Assembly: GCA_903829815.1 (NCBI GenBank)
Contig: CAIKRR010000030.1
Coordinates: 25,730 to 89,729, forward strand
Direction: 5' to 3'
DNA: 64,000 nucleotides
Source of the DNA: an uncultured Pseudomonadota bacterium
Lineage (GTDB): Bacteria; Pseudomonadota; Gammaproteobacteria; Burkholderiales; SG8-39
In this document: positions 49,839-60,395 of the stretch, in pieces
How the letters are laid out: each line of letters starts with the position of its first letter
Position numbering within the stretch: the stretch's first letter is position 1
Made by a program: the position numbers and the translations under genes
The notes under the pieces: model-generated
Told to the model about the DNA's origin: nothing
What the model saw: only the letters and a program-made list of their open reading frames with translations
The model's database searches: none

Positions 49839-50728
49839 CGTGCCTCCGTCAGCGCACCGCGTGCACGCGCACAGGCCGCGCGCAACACCCGGGCGCACAG
49901 TGTTTGTGCCAACGAGCGTCGATACTCGGCCGACGCATGGAGATCGCCCGGTGGCTCCAGACCACCCGCCACGGCCTGAGCCAGCGCATCGACTGCGCCA
50001 TCATCGGGCACAGACCCCACGAGCGATGCGGCCTGCACCGAACAATCCAGGGGGGCACCAGCCACCCCGCCCAGGGCGAGCGCCACACGCTCGCAGCGGC
50101 CCGCGGCATCGATTGCCACCTGGGCGCAGGCCGAGGCCAGTGCAAAATCGCCATGCCGGATCGCTACCTCGTCGAAAGCCGAACCGACACAGGGGGCCGA
50201 CCAGCGCTCGAAACGCACCTCGACCAGGCACTCGTCGGGCTCCATGAGGGTACTCATGGGCCCGGTGAAGAACTCGCGCGCACTGAGGACCCGCGTACCG
50301 CGCGCGGTCGATTGCAGCGCAAGCCGGGCATCGAGCATCACCGCCACCAGCGGCAGCTCGGCTGACGGATCGGCGTGTACCAGACTGCCACCGAGGGTGC
50401 CGCGATTGCGCGTCTGCTCGTGCCCGACCCAGGCAAGCGCCTGTCCGAGCACCGGCAAGGCTGCCGCAAGCCCATCGTGCGCGGCGAGCACGTGCTGCCG
50501 CGCGCAGGCACCGATCGTAATGGCGTCAGGGTCGATCACGACCCGCGCCAGCGCGGCGATTTCGCCGATATCGATCAACCATGCCGGGCGCAGCAGTCGC
50601 ATCGCCAGCATCGGCACCAGGCTCTGACCCCCTGCGATCAGCTTGGCTTCGGCGCCGTGCGTGGCCAGGAACTTGCAGGCATCGTCGAGCGTATCGGCGC
50701 GCAGGTATTCAAAAGGAGCTGGCTTCAT
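49835..50728 (-). CDS. FAD-binding subunit (CoxM-like)
   Basis: MKPAPFEY, AGGQSL, RNRGTLGGS, ADPSAE, GDFA. Confidence 0.95.
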   Translation of the reverse strand: MKPAPFEYLRADTLDDACKFLATHGAEAKLIAGGQSLVPMLAMRLLRPAWLIDIGEIAALARVVIDPDAITIGACARQHVLAAHDGLAAALPVLGQALAWVGHEQTRNRGTLGGSLVHADPSAELPLVAVMLDARLALQSTARGTRVLSAREFFTGPMSTLMEPDECLVEVRFERWSAPCVGSAFDEVAIRHGDFALASACAQVAIDAAGRCERVALALGGVAGAPLDCSVQAASLVGSVPDDGAVDALAQAVAGGLEPPGDLHASAEYRRSLAQTLCARVLRAACARARGALTEAR

Positions 50729-50733
50729 CGAAT

Positions 50734-51522
50734 CTAGCAGGCATTGCGGCCGGATACGACCACAAGAAAGGTCTTGAGAATGATCGACAGGTCCAGTTGC
50801 AAGGACCAGTGCCGAAGATACTCCAGATCGCAGTGGATGCGCGCAGACATCTTGTCGATCGTGTCGGTCTCCCCGCGAAAGCCGCTCACCTGCGCCAGGC
50901 CCGTGATGCCGGGTTTCACCTTGTGCCGCAGCATGTAACCCCCGATCAGACCCCGATAGAGTTCGTTGTGCGCAACCGCATGGGGTCGGGGACCGACGAT
51001 ACTCATGCGTCCTTGCAGCACATTGATGAATTGGGGCAATTCATCCAGAGACGTGCGACGCAGAAAGGCGCCGAACCGGGTCACCCTGGGATCACCGCCT
51101 CGGGCTTGCGTGACACGTTCACCGTCCTCGCACACGCGCATGGAGCGAAACTTGTAGACGACGATCTACTTGCCATCGAGCCCATAGCGACGTTGACAAA
51201 ACAGCACCGGCCCGGGCGATGAGAGCTTCACGCCGATGGCCACGAGCAAGAGCAGCGGGGCAATCAGCAGGAGGATCAGCAGGCCCAGCACCAGATCTTC
51301 CATTCGCTTGGCAAATCCGGACACACCCAGAAAGGGGCTCTCGCAAAGCGCCACCGCCGGCAAGCCGCAATCCGATCGGACTGGCGCCCACGATGACGGC
51401 GCAGCGCAGCCCAGGTCACCGGCGCCGCCGGCAGCCGCCTGGGCATGCACGCACGGCGCAAGGGCACTCAATGCAAGGCCCAACGCCATGGATGACAACA
51501 GGACACTGCGATCAGGTCTCAC
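50734..51522 (-). pseudogene. WcaJ/WbaP-like polyprenyl-phosphate sugar phosphotransferase (C-terminal domain) interrupted by an in-frame TAG at 51166-51168
   Basis: KRMEDL..SPGPVLFCQRRYGLDGK*IVVYKFRSM..DPRVT..SLDELPQF..VGPRP..KPGITGLAQV; both halves are in the same frame. Confidence 0.88.
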
Positions 51523-51584
51523 CGGGCTCCCCCCCTTGAACTGGATTCAGGTCGAGGAAAGTAGCGTGGGAGATTGGCCTGGGA

Positions 51585-53066
51585 TCAGGTACGCCCGGCT
51601 GTATTGATGCCTAGATTGCCCCATATCAAATCGACACGCGCGCGCGTTGCCCCATCCATTTCGATGGGCTTGCCCCAGGCTCGCGTGGTCTCGCCAGGCC
51701 ACTTGTTGGTGGCATCGATGCCCATCTTGGCACCGAGCCCTGCCACCGGGCTGGCGAAGTCAAGACTGTCGATCGGCGTGTTCTCGACAACGAGCGTATC
51801 GCGTGCCGCATCGACCCGAGTGCTCATCGCCCAGATCACCTCGCTCCAGTTGCGCACGTCGATATCGTCATCAACAACGATGATCATCTTCGTGTACATG
51901 AACTGGCGCAGGAAGCTCCACACCCCGAACATCACGCGCTTGGGGTGCCCGGGAAACTGCTTGCGCATGCTCACGACGGCCAGGCGATACGAACACGCCT
52001 CAGGCGGCAGATAGAAGTCGACGATCTCGGGAAACTGGCGCGAGAGCAGCGGCACGAAGACTTCATTGAGCGCGACACCCAGCACCGCGGGCTCATCGGG
52101 CGGTTTGCCCGTATAGGTCGAGTGATAGATCGGATCGCGGCGCATGGTGATGCGCTCGATGGTCAAGACCGGATAACGCTCGACCTCGTTGTAGTAGCCG
52201 GTATGGTCGCCAAACGGGCCTTCAAGCGCATCGTCGCCAGGATGGATCACACCCTCGAGCACGATTTCGGCGCGTGCTGGCACGCGCAGGTCAGATCCGA
52301 TGCAGCGTGCCACCTCGGTGCGACCGCCGCGCAGAAGCCCGGCAAACTGGTACTCCGACAGCGAGTCGGGAACCGGCGTCACCGCCCCCAGAACCGTGGC
52401 CGGGTCGGCACCCAACGCAACGACGACCGGAAAGGGCTCACCCGGGTGGGCCTTGCAGTGGTCGAGGTAGTCGAGCGCCCCGCCACGATGCGCCAGCCAG
52501 CGCATGATGACCCGATTGGGACCGATCACCTGCTGTCGATAGATGCCCAGGTTCAGACGCTGACGTCGCGTGCCGCGGGTAACCGTCAAGCCCCAGGTGA
52601 TGAGTGGCCCGGCGTCCCCAGGCCAGCAGGTCTGTACCGGCAGACGCGCCAGATCGACATCGGAGCCTTCCCAGACGATCTCCTGGCAAGGCGGTGCAGA
52701 CACCATTTTCGGTGCCATGTCGAGCACCCGACGAAAGAGCGGAATCTTGTTCCAGGCATCGCGCAGGCCTCGCGGCGGCTCGGGCTCCTTCAGTTGCGCG
52801 AGCAGTTCGCCAACGCCGCGCAGCGCGTCGACCGAATCGGCTCCCATGCCCAGCGCGACCCGCCGCGGCGTGCCGAACAGATTGCCCAGCACCGGGATGC
52901 GATGGCCGGTGGGATGCTCGAAGAGGATGGCCGGCCCGCCTGCACGCAGCACACGGTCGCAGATCTCGGTCATCTCGAGGCGTGGCGACACCTCGGCCCC
53001 CACACGCACGAGTTCCCCCATCGACTCGAGTCGGGCAATGAAGTCGCGCAGGTCGCGGTACTGCAT
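51585..53066 (-). CDS. ubiD: 4-hydroxy-3-polyprenylbenzoate decarboxylase UbiD
   Basis: [49 protein letters not shown]. Confidence 0.97.
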   Translation of the reverse strand: MQYRDLRDFIARLESMGELVRVGAEVSPRLEMTEICDRVLRAGGPAILFEHPTGHRIPVLGNLFGTPRRVALGMGADSVDALRGVGELLAQLKEPEPPRGLRDAWNKIPLFRRVLDMAPKMVSAPPCQEIVWEGSDVDLARLPVQTCWPGDAGPLITWGLTVTRGTRRQRLNLGIYRQQVIGPNRVIMRWLAHRGGALDYLDHCKAHPGEPFPVVVALGADPATVLGAVTPVPDSLSEYQFAGLLRGGRTEVARCIGSDLRVPARAEIVLEGVIHPGDDALEGPFGDHTGYYNEVERYPVLTIERITMRRDPIYHSTYTGKPPDEPAVLGVALNEVFVPLLSRQFPEIVDFYLPPEACSYRLAVVSMRKQFPGHPKRVMFGVWSFLRQFMYTKMIIVVDDDIDVRNWSEVIWAMSTRVDAARDTLVVENTPIDSLDFASPVAGLGAKMGIDATNKWPGETTRAWGKPIEMDGATRARVDLIWGNLGINTAGRT

Positions 53067-53086
53067 GAGAGCCGCTCGAACCGGTG

Positions 53087-53866
53087 CTAGACGACGAACG
53101 GGGCAGAGGCGCCGTCCATGGTGATGATGGCCCCATGGGTATAGCTGCCACGCGACGATGCAAGGAAGAGCACCATATTGGCAATTTCATCGGGTTCGCC
53201 CAGACGTCCGGCCGGAATGCGCTCGGCAAGCCGGCGCAGTGCCTCCTCGGTACTGACGCCCTGTACTTTCGATTCGGCCTTGAGGCCCTCGGCGACGCGC
53301 GTCGTCTGCGTGAGCCCGGGGTTCACCCCGACCACGCGCACGCCGCGCGGCGCATAGGTAGCTGCAAGCCCGGCAGTCACCAGCATCAGTGCAGCATTGG
53401 CAGCCCCACCGGCCAGATGCGTTGGTGTGGGTGACTTCCCACCATTGCCGATGATGTTGACGATGACGCCGCGCCCACGCGATGCCATGAGCTTGACGAC
53501 CGGATCGATCACGTAAATGGAGGTAAAGAACTTCGCATCCATGGCGGCACGCCAGGCGGCCGGGTCGAGTTCATCGGGCGGGGTACGGCGCGCCGCGCCG
53601 GCCGAGGTGACCAGCACATCGATCGGGCCCAGGGTCGACTCCACCTGCCGCACCATGGCGGCGGCTGCATCGGCATCGGACATGTCGGCGGCAATCGCGA
53701 GCACGTCAGCGCCGAGCAAGGCCCGTGCCGCCTCGAGATTGGCTGCGCTGCGCGAGGTGATTGCCACTCGCGCACCCTCGTCGATGAACATGCGCGCGCA
53801 GGCAAGTCCCAGGCCCTTGCTGCCACCGGTCACCAGGACAACCTGCCCCTTCAATCCGAGATCCAT
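53087..53866 (-). CDS. SDR family oxidoreductase (atypical, no YxxxK)
   Basis: [22 protein letters not shown]. Confidence 0.9.
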   Translation of the reverse strand: MDLGLKGQVVLVTGGSKGLGLACARMFIDEGARVAITSRSAANLEAARALLGADVLAIAADMSDADAAAAMVRQVESTLGPIDVLVTSAGAARRTPPDELDPAAWRAAMDAKFFTSIYVIDPVVKLMASRGRGVIVNIIGNGGKSPTPTHLAGGAANAALMLVTAGLAATYAPRGVRVVGVNPGLTQTTRVAEGLKAESKVQGVSTEEALRRLAERIPAGRLGEPDEIANMVLFLASSRGSYTHGAIITMDGASAPFVV

Positions 53867-53972
53867 TCGTGTCACGCCTCTTCTGATCGGAACGTCGCAG
53901 CCGGAACGCATCCTGGCCGGTCGACCCCCTCGAACCAGGGGGCACGAAGCCCGCAACGACAGGGGCAGAATA

Positions 53973-54893
53973 TCACTGCAGCCCGATCACGACGCCGGCA
54001 AAGATCGCTGCCCCGACCCAGTTGTTGTGATTGAAGGCGCGGAAGCACCCGGCGCGACTGCGATCGCGAATCAGCCGGTAATGCCAGCCCATCATGAGCG
54101 CGGCGACAGCCAGCCCTGCGTGATAGCCCAGCGCCAGACCTCGTGCCTGCCCGATCGCTGCCAGCAAACCGATGGTGAGGGCGTACGACACCATGACGGC
54201 CAGCACGTCGAAGCGTCCGAAGGTGATGGCCGAACTGCGGATGCCGATCAGGAGGTCATCGTCACGATCGACCATCGCGTATTCAGTGTCATAGCCGATC
54301 GCCCAGGCGATGTTGGCCAGCAGCATCCAGCCACACTCGGCAGGTAGCGTCCCCAGTTGCGCTGCATAAGCCATCGGAATGCCAAAGCCGAAGGCAATGC
54401 CAAGATAGGCCTGCGGAATGGGCAGGACGCGCTTGGTGAGCGGGTAACTTGCGGCCAGAAAGAGCGCAACAAAGGCGAGCGCAATGGCAAGGGCATTCAA
54501 GGTAAGGACGAGGCCAAATGCAAGCATGGACAGCGCGCAGGCAAGCACCAGCGCCTCTCGAGTCGACACCTCGCCAGTGGCGAGGGGCCGATCACGCGTG
54601 CGCTCGACATGCGGATCGAATCGAGCATCGGCAATGTCGTTCATCACGCAGCCAGCCGAGCGCATGAGGAGCGTGCCGGCACAGAACACGAACACCGTCC
54701 ACGCCGACGGATGGCCGTCGGCAGCAAACCACACCGCCCAGAGTGTCGGCCACAGAAGGAGGAGCGTGCCGATCGGACGGTGCAACCGCGCCAGGCGCCA
54801 GTAGAGCCGCACCCGCGAAGGCCGTGGACCTGCAGGTGCCGGAACTGCAGGTGTGGAGGCCGATCGGGCGGCAGGGGGCGCTGATGGGGACAT
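53973..54893 (-). CDS. ubiA: 4-hydroxybenzoate polyprenyltransferase UbiA
   Basis: RLHRPIG, RSAGCVMNDIAD, RTRDRP, YDTEYAMVDRDDD. Confidence 0.96.
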   Translation of the reverse strand: MSPSAPPAARSASTPAVPAPAGPRPSRVRLYWRLARLHRPIGTLLLLWPTLWAVWFAADGHPSAWTVFVFCAGTLLMRSAGCVMNDIADARFDPHVERTRDRPLATGEVSTREALVLACALSMLAFGLVLTLNALAIALAFVALFLAASYPLTKRVLPIPQAYLGIAFGFGIPMAYAAQLGTLPAECGWMLLANIAWAIGYDTEYAMVDRDDDLLIGIRSSAITFGRFDVLAVMVSYALTIGLLAAIGQARGLALGYHAGLAVAALMMGWHYRLIRDRSRAGCFRAFNHNNWVGAAIFAGVVIGLQ

Positions 54894-54945
54894 GGTTGCA
54901 ATGGTACCCGCGATGGGTGGCGGGCATCTCGCAGGGCGCCCAGCC

Positions 54946-57057
54946 TCAGGCCTTGAGCAGGGCACCTGCCTCCGGGGTCCAGCGCTCCACATGCGCACGG
55001 GCACGGGCCGGGTCACGCTCGATGAGATAGTCGGCGGCCTTGCAGGCACGCTCAAGCAACTCGCCATCGAGCGCCAGGTCGGCAAAACGCAGCAGCGGCA
55101 CACCGCTCTGCCGCACCCCCAACAGTTCGCCCGGCCCCCTGAGTCGCATGTCTTCCTCGGCGATCCGGAAACCGTCGGTGTTCTCGTACACGATTCGAAG
55201 GCGAGCCCGGGCAGTGGCCGAAAGCGGCCCCTGGTAGAGCAGCACGCAACTGGACACCGCTGCGCCACGACCGACCCGTCCACGCAATTGATGAATCTGC
55301 GCAAGCCCGAAGCGCTCGGCATGTTCGATCACCATCAGCGAGGCATTGGGCACGTCGACCCCCACTTCGACCACCGTGGTGGCCACCAGAAGGTCGATCT
55401 CGCGCGCCGAAAAAGCGGCCACTACCGCAGCCTTGTCTTGGCTCGGCATGCGGCCGTGGAGCAGTCCGACCCGCACGCCCGGCAGACTCGCGGCCAGTTC
55501 GGCCGCGGTTTCGGTGGCATTGCGCAGATCGAGCGTTTCCGACTCCTCGATGAGCGGGCACACCCAGTAGGCCTGACCACCCGCCTCTGCCGCGACGCGC
55601 AGCCGCTCGATCACCTCGCCGCGACGGGCACTGGACACCACACGCGTACTGACCGGCGTGCGGCCAGGCGGCAGTTCGTCGATAACGGACACGTCAAGGT
55701 CGGCATAGTGGCTCATGGCAAGCGTTCGCGGGATGGGCGTTGCACTCATCATCAGCAGGTGCGGCTCGGAGGAACCATCGCTCGAGCCCTTGTCGCGCAG
55801 GGCAAGCCGCTGCCGAACCCCGAAACGATGCTGCTCATCGACGATCACCACGCCCAGGTGCTGAAACTGGACCTCGCCTTGAAAGAGCGCATGGGTACCC
55901 ACGGCGACCGCGCTCTGGCCACTGGCAAGACGTGCCAGTGCTGCCACGCGTTCACGCTTCTTCTGGGCACCGCCCACCCATTCGATGCCGACTCCCAGGG
56001 GTTGCAGCCAGTCGCCAAACTTGCGCGCATGCTGCTCGGCAAGTATTTCGGTGGGTGCCATGATCACCGCCTGACAACCGCAGGCCACTGCACGCAGCGC
56101 GGCAAGTGCCGCCACGATGGTCTTGCCGCTGCCGACATCGCCCTGGAGCAGGCGGTTCATGGGATGGGCCTGCGCGAGTTCCTCCTCGATTTCAGCCCAT
56201 ACCCGCGCCTGGGCTGCGGTGAGCGCAAAGGGCAGGCTCTCGAGCAACCGGTCGGTCAGACCCCCGCGCGTGGCGAGTTCGGGGGCGCGTCGTGCGCGCC
56301 GCGCCGACTTGTGGCGCCGCATCGAGATCTGCTGTGCCAACAGTTCATCGAATTTCATGCGCTGCCAGGCCGGATGCGTGCGCTCGCCCAGCGCGTTGAC
56401 ATCGGCCTGCGGCGGTGGCGCATGCAGCAGGCGGACCGCTTCATCGAAGCTGGGCAATGCGAGGCGTTCGAGCCAGCGGGCCGGCAAGGTGTCCTCGAAC
56501 GGCGGGTGTGCAAGCGCCGCTCGGGCGAGGCGCCGCAATACTGTCTGCGAGACACCGGCAACGGTTGGATACACAGGCGTGAGCGTATCGGTGAGGGGCT
56601 CCTCGCCTCTGAGCACCCGTACCCGCGGGTGAAACATCTCGATGCCGTAAAGGCCGGGGCGCAGTTCGCCGAAGGCCCGCACGCGCGCACCGGGCACGAG
56701 CGCACGCTGCACGCTGGGGTAGAAGGTGAAGAAGCGCAACTCGACCTCGCGCCCGGCGTCGGCCAGACGCACGATCAACTGGCGTCGAGGCCGCGGCCGC
56801 ACCTCGCTCGAGACGACCGTGGCCTCGATCAGCACCGGCCCACCGGGCTGCGCCTGCGACAAGGGCGTGAGGCGCGTCTCATCCTCGTAGCGCAAGGGCA
56901 GATGCAGCAGTGCGTCGGCCGGCACATGAATACCCAGCTTGCCCAGCAGGCCGACCAGCGCGGGCGGCAAGGCGCCTGCTGAACCTGACGAGCCCGCTGC
57001 ACCGCCTGCAGCACGAGCCTCGGGCAGGCAGGCAGGAGCCGGGCGCGATTCAGGCAT
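54946..57057 (-). CDS. recG: ATP-dependent DNA helicase RecG
   Basis: LPLRYED, QGDVGSGKT, DEQHRFG, MSATPIPRT, QIHQLRGRVGRG, RGPGELLG. Confidence 0.97.
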   Translation of the reverse strand: MPESRPAPACLPEARAAGGAAGSSGSAGALPPALVGLLGKLGIHVPADALLHLPLRYEDETRLTPLSQAQPGGPVLIEATVVSSEVRPRPRRQLIVRLADAGREVELRFFTFYPSVQRALVPGARVRAFGELRPGLYGIEMFHPRVRVLRGEEPLTDTLTPVYPTVAGVSQTVLRRLARAALAHPPFEDTLPARWLERLALPSFDEAVRLLHAPPPQADVNALGERTHPAWQRMKFDELLAQQISMRRHKSARRARRAPELATRGGLTDRLLESLPFALTAAQARVWAEIEEELAQAHPMNRLLQGDVGSGKTIVAALAALRAVACGCQAVIMAPTEILAEQHARKFGDWLQPLGVGIEWVGGAQKKRERVAALARLASGQSAVAVGTHALFQGEVQFQHLGVVIVDEQHRFGVRQRLALRDKGSSDGSSEPHLLMMSATPIPRTLAMSHYADLDVSVIDELPPGRTPVSTRVVSSARRGEVIERLRVAAEAGGQAYWVCPLIEESETLDLRNATETAAELAASLPGVRVGLLHGRMPSQDKAAVVAAFSAREIDLLVATTVVEVGVDVPNASLMVIEHAERFGLAQIHQLRGRVGRGAAVSSCVLLYQGPLSATARARLRIVYENTDGFRIAEEDMRLRGPGELLGVRQSGVPLLRFADLALDGELLERACKAADYLIERDPARARAHVERWTPEAGALLKA

Positions 57058-57128
57058 GATGCCTTGCCCCAGCCGATCCAGCCGCTGGAGCCATTGCACG
57101 CAGTGCTACCGATTCTTGCCCAGACCCC

Positions 57129-59273
57129 ATGCCCTTTGCCCTCACGATCCTCATCAGTGCCTGCCTGCTGTTCCAGGTGCAGCCCCTCATTGCACGGGCG
57201 ATCCTGCCCTGGTTCGGCGGTTCGGCGGCAGTATGGACTGCCTGCATGCTTTTCTTCCAGATCTTCCTGGTGGCAGGCTACCTGTATGCCTGGTGGCTGG
57301 TACGACTCGCACCGCGTCGACAGACCCTGGTTCACAGCCTTGTGCTCGCAGCCAGCCTGGTCGCACTGCCGATCTTGCCAGGCCCCGCCTGGAAACCGAT
57401 CGCACCCGAGAACCCGACCGGACACATCATGCTCCTGCTGGCAGCCACGGTAGGACTGCCCTACCTGCTGCTTGCCACGACAAGCCCGCTGGTGCAGAGC
57501 TGGTTCGCCAGAGCCAGGCCACACGCCTCCCCCTACCGGCTCTTTGCGCTGTCGAACCTGGGGTCGCTGGCCGGCCTGATCCTCTACCCGGCACTGATCG
57601 AGCCCCTGATGCCTCTGCGCTGGCAGGGGCTGGCATGGTCGATGACCTATACGCTCTACGCACTGCTGGCGATGCGACTGGCCTGGCAGGCTCGATCCCT
57701 GCCAACCACCAAGCCCTTGCAGCACACAGCCCCCTCGGGAAGCCTGGCGGCGCAACAGGCGACAGACGCAGGCACGGCCTGTGGCAGCGCAGCCGCAGAC
57801 AGCAGCGCGATCGCAACCCTGCTGTGGCTGGCCCTGCCGGCGTGCGCGTCGGTGCTGCTGCTCGCCTTCACCACGCACCTCACCCAGAACATCGCACCGA
57901 TTCCATTTCTGTGGCTGTTGCCGCTGGGCCTGTATCTGGTGAGTTTCATCCTGTGCTTCGAGAACCGCCGCTGGTACGACCGCCGGTTCTATCTGCCGCT
58001 GCTCGCCCTGGGGCTTGCCGGTGTCTGCCTGACCCTGCTGCCGGCCCAGGCCCACCCGGGCATCGGCGTGCTGCTGCCCCTGCACACAGCGACACTGCTT
58101 GCCGCCTGCATGGTGTGCCATGGCGAGCTGGCACGACTGAAACCGGCCCCGCAAGCACTCACCCGCTACTACCTCATGATCGCCATCGGCGGCGCCCTCG
58201 GTGGACTGCTGGTCGGCATCGTCGCACCCACCCTCTTCGACGAGCTGCTCGAACTGCCCATCGGCATGGTCCTCGTCGTGATCGTGACAGCAGGCACGGT
58301 GATGATCGACACCGATCGATGCAAGCGCGCTGGTGCAGATGGCTCGATGACCGATGTCGCACCGGCGGCCCGCCTGCCGCCGATGCCGATGGGCTTGCGG
58401 GTCGTGGTGAGCATCGCGTGCGTCATCTATGCCTGCGGCCTTGCCACTGCACTGTGGATGATCCACACCGAACGCACGCAGGACACGATAGCCGCGATAC
58501 GCAACTTCTACGGGGCGCTACGGGTCGATGAAGACGGCTGGGGCGAGATGCGCGAACGACGCCTCACGCACGGCACCATCACCCATGGCAAGCAGTTCAT
58601 CGATCCGCAACGCTCACGCTGGCCCACCACCTACTATGCCGAAGACTCTGGCGTCGGCCTGGCGATCGCGGCGCAACGAGTGGCTGGGCACCCAATCAAT
58701 CTGGGCATGGTCGGGCTGGGCGCGGGCACGCTCGCCGCGTATGGGCACAACGGCGATCACATCCAGATCTACGAGATCAATCCACTGGTGCGCGACCTGG
58801 CGAACCGGTATTTCCGCTACCTTGCCGAGAGCGCGGCACGGATCGACTTCTCGATGGGTGATGCGCGTCTGTCGATGGAGCGCGAAGCCGCGCGCGACTT
58901 CGATGTGCTCGCGATAGACGCATTCTCCAGTGACTCGATACCGGTCCACCTGCTGACCGCCGAGGCGTTCTCGACCTGGTTCCGGCACCTCAAGCCTGGC
59001 GGCATTCTGGCTGTTCACATCTCCAACCGCTATCTCGACCTGGAGCCGGTACTGGCCGCTGCCGCTGCCCATGCCGGGGTGGCCGCGCGCGTGGTCGAAA
59101 GCGATGGCAACAACGAACGTGCCGTCTACGGATCAACCTGGGTACTGCTCTCCAGGACCGATGCCGTCTTCGGGCTTGCACCGCTGGCACGCTCGGCGCG
59201 ACCGCTCGCACCAGCGCATCCTGTGCGACTCTGGACTGACGACTACAGCGACCTCATGTCCATCCTGAAGTAG
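57129..59273 (+). CDS. Fused multi-TM membrane domain / spermidine synthase-like SAM-binding protein
   Basis: N-terminal TM region (LPWFGGS, PYRLFALSN, CHGEL); RNFYG, HG..HG.Q, GLGAGT, YEINP, GDAR, DAFSSDSIP, WTDDYS. Confidence 0.88.
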   Translation: MPFALTILISACLLFQVQPLIARAILPWFGGSAAVWTACMLFFQIFLVAGYLYAWWLVRLAPRRQTLVHSLVLAASLVALPILPGPAWKPIAPENPTGHIMLLLAATVGLPYLLLATTSPLVQSWFARARPHASPYRLFALSNLGSLAGLILYPALIEPLMPLRWQGLAWSMTYTLYALLAMRLAWQARSLPTTKPLQHTAPSGSLAAQQATDAGTACGSAAADSSAIATLLWLALPACASVLLLAFTTHLTQNIAPIPFLWLLPLGLYLVSFILCFENRRWYDRRFYLPLLALGLAGVCLTLLPAQAHPGIGVLLPLHTATLLAACMVCHGELARLKPAPQALTRYYLMIAIGGALGGLLVGIVAPTLFDELLELPIGMVLVVIVTAGTVMIDTDRCKRAGADGSMTDVAPAARLPPMPMGLRVVVSIACVIYACGLATALWMIHTERTQDTIAAIRNFYGALRVDEDGWGEMRERRLTHGTITHGKQFIDPQRSRWPTTYYAEDSGVGLAIAAQRVAGHPINLGMVGLGAGTLAAYGHNGDHIQIYEINPLVRDLANRYFRYLAESAARIDFSMGDARLSMEREAARDFDVLAIDAFSSDSIPVHLLTAEAFSTWFRHLKPGGILAVHISNRYLDLEPVLAAAAAHAGVAARVVESDGNNERAVYGSTWVLLSRTDAVFGLAPLARSARPLAPAHPVRLWTDDYSDLMSILK

Positions 59274-59288
59274 CTCGGCGAGCCCCCG

Positions 59289-60347
59289 TCAGGCCAGCGC
59301 GAGCGATGGCATCCGGGCCGATACAGCCTGCAGAGCAGGCATCACTTCCTGCTCGAAGAGTTGCAGCGAGCGCATTTCATTGGCATGTCCGAGGGTGCCA
59401 AAGGCAACCTGCAGCACCAGGTAGTCAAAGCCGACCCGCTCGGCCTGTGCCACCAGTTCGCGGCGCACGGTGTCCGCGCTGCCCACCACCAGCGTGCCGG
59501 CCCTGCGTGCCTCATCGTAATCGGCCGACACGGCAATCGGCGGAAAGTCGCCGCGGCGCACCCAGAGCCAGGCAAGGGCGTCAAACCACTGACGAAACGC
59601 CGGACGCGCAAGACGTTCGGCTGCCTCGTCGCTCTCCCCGATGAACATCACCCGCATCGCCCCGACGATGGGTTCCTTCACCGGCGAAGTCGCCCGCTTG
59701 GGGTCGTCGGCGTAACGCTTCCACGCCGCCCGGTAGTTGGCAAGCGTCAGCGCGACACGATCAGCGGGACCGAGCGCCACGCCGTTCATGCCGTGACGGG
59801 CAGGCCGTTCGTGACCTTCGGCCGAGCGCAGCCCGTACCAGAGCGGCGGATAAGGCTTCTGATAGGGACGAAAAGGCAGCGGCACGTCATCAAACTGGTA
59901 GTACTTGCCGTGGTGGTCAAGCACATCGTTCTGCAAACCCTTCAGCAGCACCTCGAGACCTTCGGCAAACATCGCCTCCGACTGCTCGAAAGGCACGTTC
60001 ATTGCCTTGAATTCGTGCGGCGAAATGCCGCGACCCACGCCGATGTCGAGCCGCCCGTGCGTGATGTGATCGAGCACGCAGAGTTCTTCGATGAGGCGCA
60101 AGGGGTTGTAGAGCGGCAGGAGGAACAACAGTGCCCCGAGGCGGATTCGGTGGGTCTCGCGGGCCGCCGCAGCCAGCCACACCGTGGGCGAGGGCGTGGC
60201 CGCGAGCGGCGTGGCATGGTGCTCGGTGACATGGTAGCCGTAGAACCCCATCGCCTCGGCGGCACGCAGCAAGGCGAGCCGTTCGTCGAAGGTCTTTGCA
60301 AGCGGCTCGTCACGCCGATCGACATAGTCGAAGATACCGAATTTCAT
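59289..60347 (-). CDS. LLM-class (luciferase-like) flavin-dependent oxidoreductase
   Basis: MKFGIF, TEHH, LYNPLRLIEE, GRLDIGVGRG, PYQKPYPP, LFEQEVMP. Confidence 0.92.
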   Translation of the reverse strand: MKFGIFDYVDRRDEPLAKTFDERLALLRAAEAMGFYGYHVTEHHATPLAATPSPTVWLAAAARETHRIRLGALLFLLPLYNPLRLIEELCVLDHITHGRLDIGVGRGISPHEFKAMNVPFEQSEAMFAEGLEVLLKGLQNDVLDHHGKYYQFDDVPLPFRPYQKPYPPLWYGLRSAEGHERPARHGMNGVALGPADRVALTLANYRAAWKRYADDPKRATSPVKEPIVGAMRVMFIGESDEAAERLARPAFRQWFDALAWLWVRRGDFPPIAVSADYDEARRAGTLVVGSADTVRRELVAQAERVGFDYLVLQVAFGTLGHANEMRSLQLFEQEVMPALQAVSARMPSLALA

Positions 60348-60395
60348 CCGTTCACCCTGCCTGTAGTGCCTGCCGTCTCGAATGCCCTGGTGTGA

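Noticed and set aside
46834..50728. Aerobic CO dehydrogenase call
   Set aside because: Lacks the AYxCSFR motif and coxDEFG accessory genes
51166..51168. Pyrrolysine or genome-wide TAG recoding
   Set aside because: TAG terminates many normal genes here (e.g. at 11130, 21021, 27893, 39337) and no pyl genes are present
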